Of a stretch of DNA of 33,433 nucleotides, positions 26,006-33,282 are shown piece by piece; the stretch's first letter is position 1; every line of letters begins with the position of its first letter. Source of the DNA: an uncultured Oscillospiraceae bacterium (lineage in GTDB: Bacteria; Bacillota; Clostridia; Oscillospirales; Oscillospiraceae). Made by a program: the position numbers and the translations under genes. The DNA lies in the NCBI GenBank assembly GCA_964523685.1, contig CAZGAM010000001.1:5774-39206 (forward strand), read 5' to 3'. The notes under the pieces are model-generated. The model did not search any database. It was not told the DNA's origin and saw nothing but the letters and a program-made list of their open reading frames with translations.

Positions 26006-26021
26006 GCACAAAATATAGAAA
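26006..26021. promoter_or_regulatory. Candidate NrdR box 2
   Basis: GCACAAAATATAGAAA matches about 11 of 16 positions. It shares the 12-mer CACAAnATATAG with box 1 and lies exactly 42 bp (4 helical turns) away. Confidence 0.3.
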
Positions 26022-26209
26022 AAACAGGTTATGTAAATATAAGGAAAAGAGAGCCTTTTCCCCCGCTGCGACCCGGCGCCGGCCTTTTTTCCGGCGAAGG
26101 GGAGCGGAGAGGAAGGGAATTCTTTCCGGAGGAGATGGTGATCGCCGGGACGGATCAATAGAAACAGCGGCATCAGAGAAACTTTGTGCCGCTTTTGTCT
26201 GGGAAGGGC

Positions 26210-26238
26210 TTGAAAATTGGGCGCTTTCCCATTACAAT
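26210..26238 (+). promoter_or_regulatory. Putative gcv operon promoter
   Basis: TTGAAA (26210-26215), a 17-nt spacer, then TACAAT (26233-26238). The leader to gcvT is about 150 nt. Confidence 0.5.
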
Positions 26239-26393
26239 CAAAGCAACCCCTTGGATGGCGGGATCCGGGAGCAGAAAACCAGATCTCCTGGGAGGGAGCA
26301 GAGAGACAAGACCTGCGGCTTCGGCAGCTTGCTGCATTTTGGGAAACCGTACCTGACAGATGGCGCAGGGTCTTGCGAAGAGGAGGAGTGAGC

Positions 26394-27488
26394 ATGGAGA
26401 GAAAAACACCCCTTTATGATACCCATGGCAGATATGGGGGGAAAATCGTGGAATTTGGCGGTTACCTGCTGCCAGTCCAGTACGGCACCGGCGTGATTGC
26501 GGAGCATATGGCTGTGCGCACTGCCTGCGGTCTGTTTGATGTCTCCCATATGGGAGAGATAACCTGTAGGGGAAAGGATGCCCTCAGGAACCTGAATCAT
26601 CTGCTGACCAACGATTACACAAATCTGGCAGACGGCCGGGCGCGTTATAGTCCCATGTGCAATGAACAGGGCGGTGTGGTGGATGACCTGATCACCTATA
26701 AAGTTCGGGACGATACCTATTTTATTGTAGTCAATGCGGCGAACCGGGAGAAGGATTTTGCATGGATGAAAGAACATGCCTTGGGGGATGTGGTTTTTAC
26801 GGATCTCTCCGATCAGGTGGCCCAGATCGCCCTGCAGGGACCGAAGGCGCAGGAAATTCTGGAAAAACTGGTTTCTGGGGAGCAGATTCCCCGCAAATAT
26901 TACAGCGCTGTCTTCCAGGGACGGATAGGGGAGATGGAGTGTGTCCTCTCCCGAACCGGATACACCGGCGAGGATGGGTTTGAGATCTATCTCGCCGCGG
27001 AAAATGCAGAAAAAATGTGGGATCTACTCATGGAAACCGGACGGGATCAGGGACTGATCTGCTGCGGGCTTGGAGCCCGGGATACCCTGCGCCTGGAGGC
27101 GGGCATGCCTCTGTACGGACATGAGATGAACGAGCAGATCACGCCTTTGGAGGCCGGACTGGGTGCCTTTGTTAAGATGGGAAAAGAAGAATTTTTGGGA
27201 AAAAAGGCTCTGGCGCAGAGAGGAGAGCCGACCCGAAAGAGAGTGGGCCTGCGGGCTACCGGAAGGGGAATCCTGCGGGAAGGCCTGGATGTAGTTGCCG
27301 GAGATCGGAAAGTGGGGATTACCACCTCAGGAACCTTTGCCCCCTATCTGAAGCAGTCTGTAGCCATGGCGCTTCTGGATGCGGCTACTACAAAGCCGGG
27401 AACAGCAGTTGAGGTAGATGTCCGGGGGAGAAAAGTGGCGGCAGAGGTTGTTCCGCTCCCCTTTTACCACAAAGAGAAAAAAACATAA
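26394..27488 (+). CDS. gcvT: Glycine cleavage system aminomethyltransferase (T protein)
   Basis: The start is trimmed to ATG 26394 (AGGAGGAG SD). The sequence reads MERKTPLYDTHGRYGGKIVEFGGYLLPVQYGTGVIAEHMAVRTACGLFDVSHMGEI... Confidence 0.93.
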   Translation: MERKTPLYDTHGRYGGKIVEFGGYLLPVQYGTGVIAEHMAVRTACGLFDVSHMGEITCRGKDALRNLNHLLTNDYTNLADGRARYSPMCNEQGGVVDDLITYKVRDDTYFIVVNAANREKDFAWMKEHALGDVVFTDLSDQVAQIALQGPKAQEILEKLVSGEQIPRKYYSAVFQGRIGEMECVLSRTGYTGEDGFEIYLAAENAEKMWDLLMETGRDQGLICCGLGARDTLRLEAGMPLYGHEMNEQITPLEAGLGAFVKMGKEEFLGKKALAQRGEPTRKRVGLRATGRGILREGLDVVAGDRKVGITTSGTFAPYLKQSVAMALLDAATTKPGTAVEVDVRGRKVAAEVVPLPFYHKEKKT

Positions 27489-27503
27489 AGGAGAGGTAGT
27501 ATT

Positions 27504-27884
27504 ATGAACCAGCCTGCAGATTTGCTCTATTCCAAGACCCATGAGTGGGTGAAAGAGCTCGGGGACGGGACGGCATGGATCGGATTAACCGATTTCGCGC
27601 AGGATTCTCTGGGAGATATTGTCTTTGTGAATCTGCCTGAGGTGGGAGATGCGGTGACAGCCGGGGAGCCCTTCGCAGATGTGGAATCGGTAAAGGCTGT
27701 TTCCGATGTGTATTCACCTGTTTCGGGTGTGGTAGCGCAAGTCAATGAAGCCCTTCTTGATGCGCCGGAGAAGATGAATGAAGATCCATACGGCGCATGG
27801 CTGATCAAAGTAGAGAATATTACGGAAAGGGAAGAACTTCTGGAGGCGGACGACTACAGCAGCTTCTGCGAGAGCGAGGAATAA
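27504..27884 (+). CDS. gcvH: Glycine cleavage system H protein (lipoyl carrier)
   Basis: 126 aa. It contains YSKTHEWV and the lipoyl-lysine motif [18 protein letters not shown]. Confidence 0.93.
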   Translation: MNQPADLLYSKTHEWVKELGDGTAWIGLTDFAQDSLGDIVFVNLPEVGDAVTAGEPFADVESVKAVSDVYSPVSGVVAQVNEALLDAPEKMNEDPYGAWLIKVENITEREELLEADDYSSFCESEE

Positions 27885-27909
27885 GTCAGAACATCTGGGA
27901 GGAAAGAGG

Positions 27910-29235
27910 ATGGGATCCTATTTGTCCAATACGCCGGAAGAGCAGGCGCGTATGCTCCGGGAAATTGGCTTTGACAGCTTTGATGCCCTGTTTGATCATA
28001 TTCCGGAACAGGTAAAATGCGGCGGCCTGCATCTTCCGGAAGGCCTTTCAGAGATGGAGGCATTTCAACAAATAGAGAATATGGCGGATAAAAATATCCG
28101 ATTCCGCCATATTTTTCGGGGAGCAGGGGCTTATAACCATTACATCCCGGCGATTGTGAGAAGTGTAGCTTCCAAAGAGGAATTTGTGACGGCTTATACG
28201 CCCTATCAGGCGGAAATCAGCCAGGGGATTCTTCAGTCCATCTTTGAGTATCAGACCATGATCTGCGAGCTGACCGGGATGGACGGAGCCAACGCATCTG
28301 TCTATGACGGGGGAACAGCGGCGGCAGAGGCTGCGGCTATGTGCCGGGACCGCAAAAGGCAGACAGTCTGTGTCTCTGCGGCGGTTCACCCCCAGGTGAT
28401 TCAGATCCTTCAAACATACTGTTATGGAAGCGGAACAGAGGTTGTTCTGATCCCGGAAAAAGACGGCATAACCGATAGGGAAGCGCTCCGGCGCAGTCTG
28501 GATGATCACAGTGCCTGTTTTTTGATGCAGTATCCGAATTACTATGGAAACATAGAACCTGCGGATAAACTGGGAGAAATTACCCACGAGGCGGGAGCCA
28601 AATTGATCATGAGCTGCAATCCCATAGCACTGGCTGTTCTGAAAACACCGGGGGAGTGCAAGGCGGATATCGCAGTAGGAGATGGCCAGCCGCTTGGCCT
28701 GGGGCTCTCTTTTGGAGGCCCGTATTTGGGATATATGGCGGCCAGCGAGAAAATGGTGCGAAAACTGCCGGGAAGAATTGTCGGACAGACGGTAGACAGG
28801 GATGGAGCCAGAGCGTATGTGCTGACATTGCAGGCGAGGGAGCAACATATACGAAGGGAGAAGGCCAGCAGCAATATCTGCTCCAATCAGGCCCTTTGTG
28901 CGTTGACAGCGGCTGTGTATCTGGCGGCTATGGGAGAAGAGGGACTGAAACAGGCAGCATCTCTTTGTATTTCCAAAGCACACTACCTGCAGCAGAAGCT
29001 GGCAGAAGCAGGGCTGCCTCTGAAATATAAGCAGCCATTTTTTCATGAATTTGTCACAATATCGGAAAAAAAGTCGGATGAGTATCTCGATGCTCTGCAG
29101 AGAAAAGGATTTCTGGGCGGCCTGCCGATCAGCGACCATGAGATTCTCTGGTGCGCTACAGAGAAAAACAGCCGGGAAGAGATGGACACTTTGGCGTCCA
29201 TTGTCATGGAGGTAAGCCATGAAATGTATTTTTGA
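27910..29235 (+). CDS. gcvPA: Glycine dehydrogenase (aminomethyl-transferring) subunit 1
   Basis: 441 aa. It contains YLSNTPEEQARMLREIG, FRGAGAYNHYIPA and TAYTPYQAEISQG. Confidence 0.92.
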   Translation: MGSYLSNTPEEQARMLREIGFDSFDALFDHIPEQVKCGGLHLPEGLSEMEAFQQIENMADKNIRFRHIFRGAGAYNHYIPAIVRSVASKEEFVTAYTPYQAEISQGILQSIFEYQTMICELTGMDGANASVYDGGTAAAEAAAMCRDRKRQTVCVSAAVHPQVIQILQTYCYGSGTEVVLIPEKDGITDREALRRSLDDHSACFLMQYPNYYGNIEPADKLGEITHEAGAKLIMSCNPIALAVLKTPGECKADIAVGDGQPLGLGLSFGGPYLGYMAASEKMVRKLPGRIVGQTVDRDGARAYVLTLQAREQHIRREKASSNICSNQALCALTAAVYLAAMGEEGLKQAASLCISKAHYLQQKLAEAGLPLKYKQPFFHEFVTISEKKSDEYLDALQRKGFLGGLPISDHEILWCATEKNSREEMDTLASIVMEVSHEMYF

Positions 29236-30658
29236 ACGGGGCACACCCGGTCAGCGCTGTACGGTGCTGCCTGACAGCGATGTTCCGGTGGTCACACTGC
29301 CTGTGCCTGAGCGGAAGATCCCTCTTCGGCTGCCCCATGTGTCAGAGAATGAGATCAGCCGTCATTATACAAGTCTTGCTCAGCAGGTGCATGGGGTAAA
29401 CAACGGATTTTATCCCTTGGGCTCCTGCACCATGAAATACAATCCAAAAGTCAACGAAGCAGCGGCGTCGCTTCCCGGATTTACGGCTATTCACCCCCTT
29501 CAGCCGGAGGACACGGTTCAGGGGTGTATGGAAGTCCTGGATTTGGCAAAGAAGATGCTGCTGGAAATTACCGGTATGGATGATATGACGCTGCTGCCGG
29601 CGGCGGGAGCCCACGGAGAGTTTACAGGACTGCTGATGATCAAAGCCTTTCATGACAGCAGAGGGGACATAAAGCGTACGAAAATCCTGGTTCCGGATTC
29701 TGCCCATGGAACGAATCCCGCCAGTGCCGCTATGGCTGGATTTGAAGTGGTCAATATCCCGTCGGGGGAAGATGGATGTGTGGATCTGGAAAAACTGCAG
29801 CAGGCAGTGGGAGAGGACACAGCAGGCTTGATGCTTACCAATCCCAATACCGTGGGACTGTTTGAAAAAAACATCCTGACGATTACCTCCATTGTCCATG
29901 ATGCGGGGGGATTGACATATTATGATGGAGCAAACCTCAATGCGATTATGGGGATTGTGAGACCCGGGGATATGGGGTTTGATGTGATGCACATCAATTT
30001 GCATAAGACTTTCTCCACGCCCCACGGAGGGGGCGGGCCGGGGAGCGGGCCTGTTGCCTGCAAAGCTTTTCTTCAGCCGTTTCTGCCGGGGATGCTGGTG
30101 AAGAAGAAAGAGAGTGGGTACACCTTCGAGGCACCGGAAAAATCGGTTGGCAGAGTGAAAATGTTTTACGGGAACTTCCTGGTGGTTGTGAAAGCCCTGA
30201 CATATCTTCTGATGCTTGGAAAAGAGGGCGTCCGGGAAGCCTCCTGCAATGCGGTTCTGAATGCAAACTATATGAAGCAGAAACTGCAGGACATCTATCC
30301 CATGGCTTATCCGGAAACCTGTATGCATGAGTTTGTCATGAGCCTGGAACAGCTGAAGAAGGAAAAACAGGTTACGGCTACGGATGTGGCAAAGGCGCTG
30401 TTGGACTATGGCATCCATCCGCCAACTATGTATTTCCCCCTGATTGTGCATGAGGCGCTGATGGTCGAACCCACGGAGACGGAAAGCAGAGAGACGCTGG
30501 ATGAAGCAATCAAGGCATTTCGTCAGATCTATGACCGGGCACAGGAAAATGCAGAAAGCCTTCATGCGGCACCGCTGCATACCTGCGTCCGAAGGCCGGA
30601 CGAGGTGCAGGCTGCCCGAAAACCAATCTTGCGGTATTCTTTTTCAGAATCCTCATAA
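29219..30658 (+). CDS. gcvPB: Glycine dehydrogenase (aminomethyl-transferring) subunit 2
   Basis: 479 aa. It contains IFERGTPGQRCTVLP, LGSCTMKYNPK and the PLP-lysine context NLHKTFSTPHGGGGPG. It overlaps gcvPA by 17 nt. Confidence 0.92.
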   Translation: MKCIFERGTPGQRCTVLPDSDVPVVTLPVPERKIPLRLPHVSENEISRHYTSLAQQVHGVNNGFYPLGSCTMKYNPKVNEAAASLPGFTAIHPLQPEDTVQGCMEVLDLAKKMLLEITGMDDMTLLPAAGAHGEFTGLLMIKAFHDSRGDIKRTKILVPDSAHGTNPASAAMAGFEVVNIPSGEDGCVDLEKLQQAVGEDTAGLMLTNPNTVGLFEKNILTITSIVHDAGGLTYYDGANLNAIMGIVRPGDMGFDVMHINLHKTFSTPHGGGGPGSGPVACKAFLQPFLPGMLVKKKESGYTFEAPEKSVGRVKMFYGNFLVVVKALTYLLMLGKEGVREASCNAVLNANYMKQKLQDIYPMAYPETCMHEFVMSLEQLKKEKQVTATDVAKALLDYGIHPPTMYFPLIVHEALMVEPTETESRETLDEAIKAFRQIYDRAQENAESLHAAPLHTCVRRPDEVQAARKPILRYSFSESS

Positions 30659-30662
30659 TCTT

Positions 30663-30701
30663 GCCATTCTGCCCCTTGCTCTTCACAAGGGGCAGAATGG
30701 C
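30663..30701 (+). terminator. gcv operon terminator hairpin
   Basis: A 16-bp perfect stem GCCATTCTGCCCCTTG / CAAGGGGCAGAATGGC has a 7-nt loop. The U-tract is short (TTGTATG). Confidence 0.6.
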
Positions 30702-30754
30702 TTGTATGCACACCTTTCAGAAATGTTTGCGGGGTCGATTTTAAACATAACAAG

Positions 30755-30775
30755 AGCGCTGCTAAAAGCAGTGCT
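30755..30775 (+). terminator. Second hairpin in the convergent intergenic zone
   Basis: AGCGCTGCT-AAA-AGCAGTGCT (9 bp with one G-U pair) is followed by TTGGTTATTT. Confidence 0.3.
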
Positions 30776-30944
30776 TTGGTTATTTGCATCACAAGGCTGC
30801 TGCAGAGCTTCCCGGGCGTCCTCTATTTTATTAGCCGGGCGGCAAAACGGCAAGCGGCAAGGAACCCTGTGTTTGACGGTTATGAAACGAAACAAAACAG
30901 AAGCAGGCTGGTTTCCACGAGTCCTTTTCTTGTTTCTTGAAGAC

Positions 30945-30978
30945 AAAAAGGGACAGACTGCTGCAGCCTGTCCCTTTT
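30945..30978. terminator. Bidirectional terminator
   Basis: AAAAA-GGGACAG-(11-nt loop)-CTGTCCC-TTTT. It serves the minus-strand gene that ends at 30993 and blocks read-through from the gcv side. Confidence 0.7.
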
Positions 30979-30992
30979 GCAGGAATTTGGTC

Positions 30993-31445
30993 TTATTCCT
31001 GCGGAGTTTCTTCCTTTATCTTGGAATACTCTTCTTCAATATAGTTTTCCAGCTCCGTCAAGGCACCGATGATGTCTTCCGCCGCCAGGTCAGCAGCGGT
31101 CAGCAGAGTATGAATCTTGACAGCACGATCTACCAGCGTTGACTCAACTGTGCGGCCGAATACCGACTTCACAGGAACATCATCTCCATCGCGGTAAAAG
31201 GATACTTCATCGGGAATTCCGTTTCCATCATTATCGACCAGGTAAAAATTGAATTCACCATTTCCAGTCAGATCCACAGCAATCGCATTGACATCTCCGC
31301 TCTTGTTCAGATCCAGCAATCCAATGTCTGGGCTCTTGTCACCGTCCAGATCCAGGAGAATCTCGCGCCGGCCCGACCGAACAAGCAGCGGGCTCAGTTC
31401 CTCGTCCTTTTTTATCGCGCTTTTCAATTGTCTCAAAGTTCCCAT
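30993..31445 (-). CDS. Small acidic hypothetical protein with tandem 13-residue Dx[DN]xxG (calcium-loop-like) repeats
   Basis: The start is trimmed to ATG 31445 (AAGGAG 8 nt upstream), because the ORF-track start lies inside the -10 box. The 150-aa protein contains LLDLDGDKSPDIG / LLDLNKSGDVNAI / AVDLTGNGEFNFY / LVDNDGNGIPDEV, then a degenerate SFYRDGDDVPVKS and an acidic helical tail. There is no signal peptide. Confidence 0.7.
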   Translation of the reverse strand: MGTLRQLKSAIKKDEELSPLLVRSGRREILLDLDGDKSPDIGLLDLNKSGDVNAIAVDLTGNGEFNFYLVDNDGNGIPDEVSFYRDGDDVPVKSVFGRTVESTLVDRAVKIHTLLTAADLAAEDIIGALTELENYIEEEYSKIKEETPQE

Positions 31446-31525
31446 CTTGTTGCTCCTTGCTTTTTTATTTCTATGAAGCTGACATAAATGACTTATTAGC
31501 TCAGCTTTAATAACTCTGTAAATCA

Positions 31526-31554
31526 ATTATAAACAATGCAATTCCTTTTGTCAA
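31526..31554 (-). promoter_or_regulatory. Consensus sigma-A promoter of the repeat protein gene
   Basis: On the minus strand: TTGACA (31549-31554), exactly 17 nt, then TATAAT (31526-31531). Confidence 0.6.
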
Positions 31555-32028
31555 GGATCTGACAGGGCATTCTCCCTGCTTTCGCTTTTGCAAACCAAAC
31601 GATCTTTTTCTGAAGCGATCTACCTGGCGGAAGCATACGAAACGTTCACCCTAGAAGATATGAGTCATGGAAAGGCATGATGCTCTTCAGCGATGAGAAT
31701 AGAATGAGAAAAAGCAATAGAGAACCGAACACACATAGAGGCGCTTTCCCCGTATAAAAAACATTCGCTGCGCTCTACTGCAATTTTTAGTTAGACGTTG
31801 TAAGCAGGATAAGAATAAAGTACGGAAAAATGCCGGGGAAAAATTTGAATTTTGAAGCCTTTCATAGCCGCATCAACTGCAACACAATGGAAGGTGAGAC
31901 GCCGGTTTCGAAGTGAAAGATTGATAGCGACATCAAATTATACCACATGTCGTTATAAAAAACATTGCTCAATTCACTATGGCTTTCGGCAGACTCGATA
32001 TTAAAATTTTCTTTTTAGCAAAAAGGGA

Positions 32029-32058
32029 TTAGACAAAATCCTTCCGGATAGATATAAT
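32029..32058 (+). promoter_or_regulatory. Putative promoter of the Rpn-family gene
   Basis: TTAGAC (32029-32034), an 18-nt spacer, then TATAAT (32053-32058). The ORF-track ATG at 32057 lies inside the -10 box. Confidence 0.4.
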
Positions 32059-32143
32059 GCATAACAGAGGCAAAAATGTCAGTCAGAAGAACTGGCTGAA
32101 GCACTATTTTGCTCTCACACTTCTTTTAACGGGAGGAGTACTT

Positions 32144-33154
32144 ATGGGTCTTGCAGATACTGCAGCAAAGGAGTATATCTCTGAGCCGGATGTATTCGCA
32201 GATGTCTTCAATTATGGTATTGGAAGAGAAAAACAGTTGATAGAGCCAGATCAACTGAAAGAACTGGATACTACGAGTATATCCATTCCTTACGAAAAGG
32301 GGAAAAAGAATAAATTACAGCTATATCCAATCCAAAGAGAACAGGATGTCCTTAAGGTAGCAGCTTTAAAAACAGATGGCAAGTTGCAATATTTAATTCT
32401 CAGCTCTGAAATTCAGATGAATGTGCACTATGCGATGCCTGTTCGCGTTATGGAAAACCATTCCTTTTGTTACAGCAATCAAGTGCAGCACTTTAAGGCA
32501 AAGCATCGCAAAGAGAACGACCTCAAGGATTCAGCGGAGTTTCTCTCAGGAATGACGAAAACAGACAGGATATATCCAATGATTACCGCGGTAGTGAATT
32601 TAGGCAAAAAACCATGGGAAAGACCTGTTCATTTGACCGATATGATGGACGAATATCCTGATGATTTCAAGCCTTACCTGAATAATTATAGTTTCATTTT
32701 GATTGATCCTATGAGGATGGACGAGAAGGACTTTGAACTGTTTCGCAGCAGCTTGGGGAAAGTTCTCCATTTGGTGAAGTACCAAAACGACGGAAAGATG
32801 TTGAAGAACCTGTTAGACAGCGATAAAGCCTATCAGGAGATGCCTATAAATGCAGCCATAGCTATGAAAGCCATAATCCATATCGATATTCCAATTGATT
32901 CGAAAGAGGGGAAAAAGATGGGTACAGTGAATGTTTGTAAAGCTGTTCAGGATTTGATGGACGATGCCCGTAAAGAGGAGAAACGCCGTGCCGATCAAGA
33001 GAAGCTCCGTGCCGATCAGGCAACCCAGCGTGCTGATCAGGCTGAGAAAAATATGCGTGAGTCAGCAAGGAAATTGTTGAATATGGGCTTAACGGCGGAG
33101 CAGGTGGCAGTGGTCCTGAATTTCTCGGTCGATGAAGTTCGGAGTCTAGGTTAA
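32144..33154 (+). CDS. Rpn family recombination-promoting nuclease / putative transposase (PD-(D/E)XK, YhgA-like)
   Basis: The start is trimmed to ATG 32144 (GGGAGGAG SD). MGLADTAAKEYISEPDVFADVFNYGIG... and the core LQYLILSSEIQMNVHYAMPVRVMEN fit the hhhhE-x-Q...M-x-x-R pattern of this family. The C-terminal tail is charged and coiled-coil-like. Confidence 0.8.
   Translation: MGLADTAAKEYISEPDVFADVFNYGIGREKQLIEPDQLKELDTTSISIPYEKGKKNKLQLYPIQREQDVLKVAALKTDGKLQYLILSSEIQMNVHYAMPVRVMENHSFCYSNQVQHFKAKHRKENDLKDSAEFLSGMTKTDRIYPMITAVVNLGKKPWERPVHLTDMMDEYPDDFKPYLNNYSFILIDPMRMDEKDFELFRSSLGKVLHLVKYQNDGKMLKNLLDSDKAYQEMPINAAIAMKAIIHIDIPIDSKEGKKMGTVNVCKAVQDLMDDARKEEKRRADQEKLRADQATQRADQAEKNMRESARKLLNMGLTAEQVAVVLNFSVDEVRSLG
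32918..33154 (+). CDS. Possible in-frame internal translation product (78-aa C-terminal tail, RpnS-like)
   Basis: The in-frame ATG at 32918 is preceded by GAGGGG with 6-nt spacing. The product would be MGTVNVCKAVQDLMDDARKEEKRRADQEKLRADQATQRADQAEKNMRESARKLLNMGLTAEQVAVVLNFSVDEVRSLG. Support comes only from the SD context and the E. coli Rpn precedent. Confidence 0.35.
   Translation: MGTVNVCKAVQDLMDDARKEEKRRADQEKLRADQATQRADQAEKNMRESARKLLNMGLTAEQVAVVLNFSVDEVRSLG
32987..33049 (+). repeat. Three tandem 21-nt (heptad) repeats inside the Rpn tail
   Basis: CGTGCCGATCAAGAGAAGCTC / CGTGCCGATCAGGCAACCCAG / CGTGCTGATCAGGCTGAGAAA encode RADQEKL / RADQATQ / RADQAEK. Confidence 0.9.
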
Positions 33155-33282
33155 CGCCAATATGGGAAGGCAGAATCGAGGATTATATCACAAAAAGAAT
33201 CTAGGTTTGATTTGTGCGTAGATGCACGGTAACGCAGCGATTCTGTCTAGCGAATGTTGACTCGGAAAAAGAGGCCACAACT

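Noticed and set aside
26091-26105. CCGGCGAAGGGGAGC, resembling the glycine riboswitch CACCGAAGGGGCAA segment.
   Set aside because: It lies upstream of the predicted gcvT promoter. It lacks the flanking GGAGAG and CUCAGGCAAAAGGAC elements. It also forms a simple CGCCGG/CCGGCG hairpin instead.
25868-26395. A 175-aa minus-strand ORF filling the nrdG/gcvT divergent region.
   Set aside because: It runs through both promoters, is rich in Arg/Ser/Pro/Cys, and has no SD or domain signature.
28048-30580. Two long minus-strand ORFs (398 aa and 412 aa) opposite gcvPA and gcvPB.
   Set aside because: They lie antisense to clear glycine dehydrogenase subunits, are Cys/His/Arg-rich, and have no SD.
30857-30881. 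A triple GGCAA repeat (GGCAAAAC GGCAAGC GGCAAGG) in the convergent intergenic zone.
   Set aside because: It is too short and degenerate to distinguish from chance, and no associated ORF or structure supports a function.
30501-31142. A 213-aa plus-strand ORF running from the end of gcvPB across three hairpins into the repeat-protein gene.
   Set aside because: It crosses two terminators, lies antisense to a supported gene at its 3' end, and shows no SD or family resemblance.
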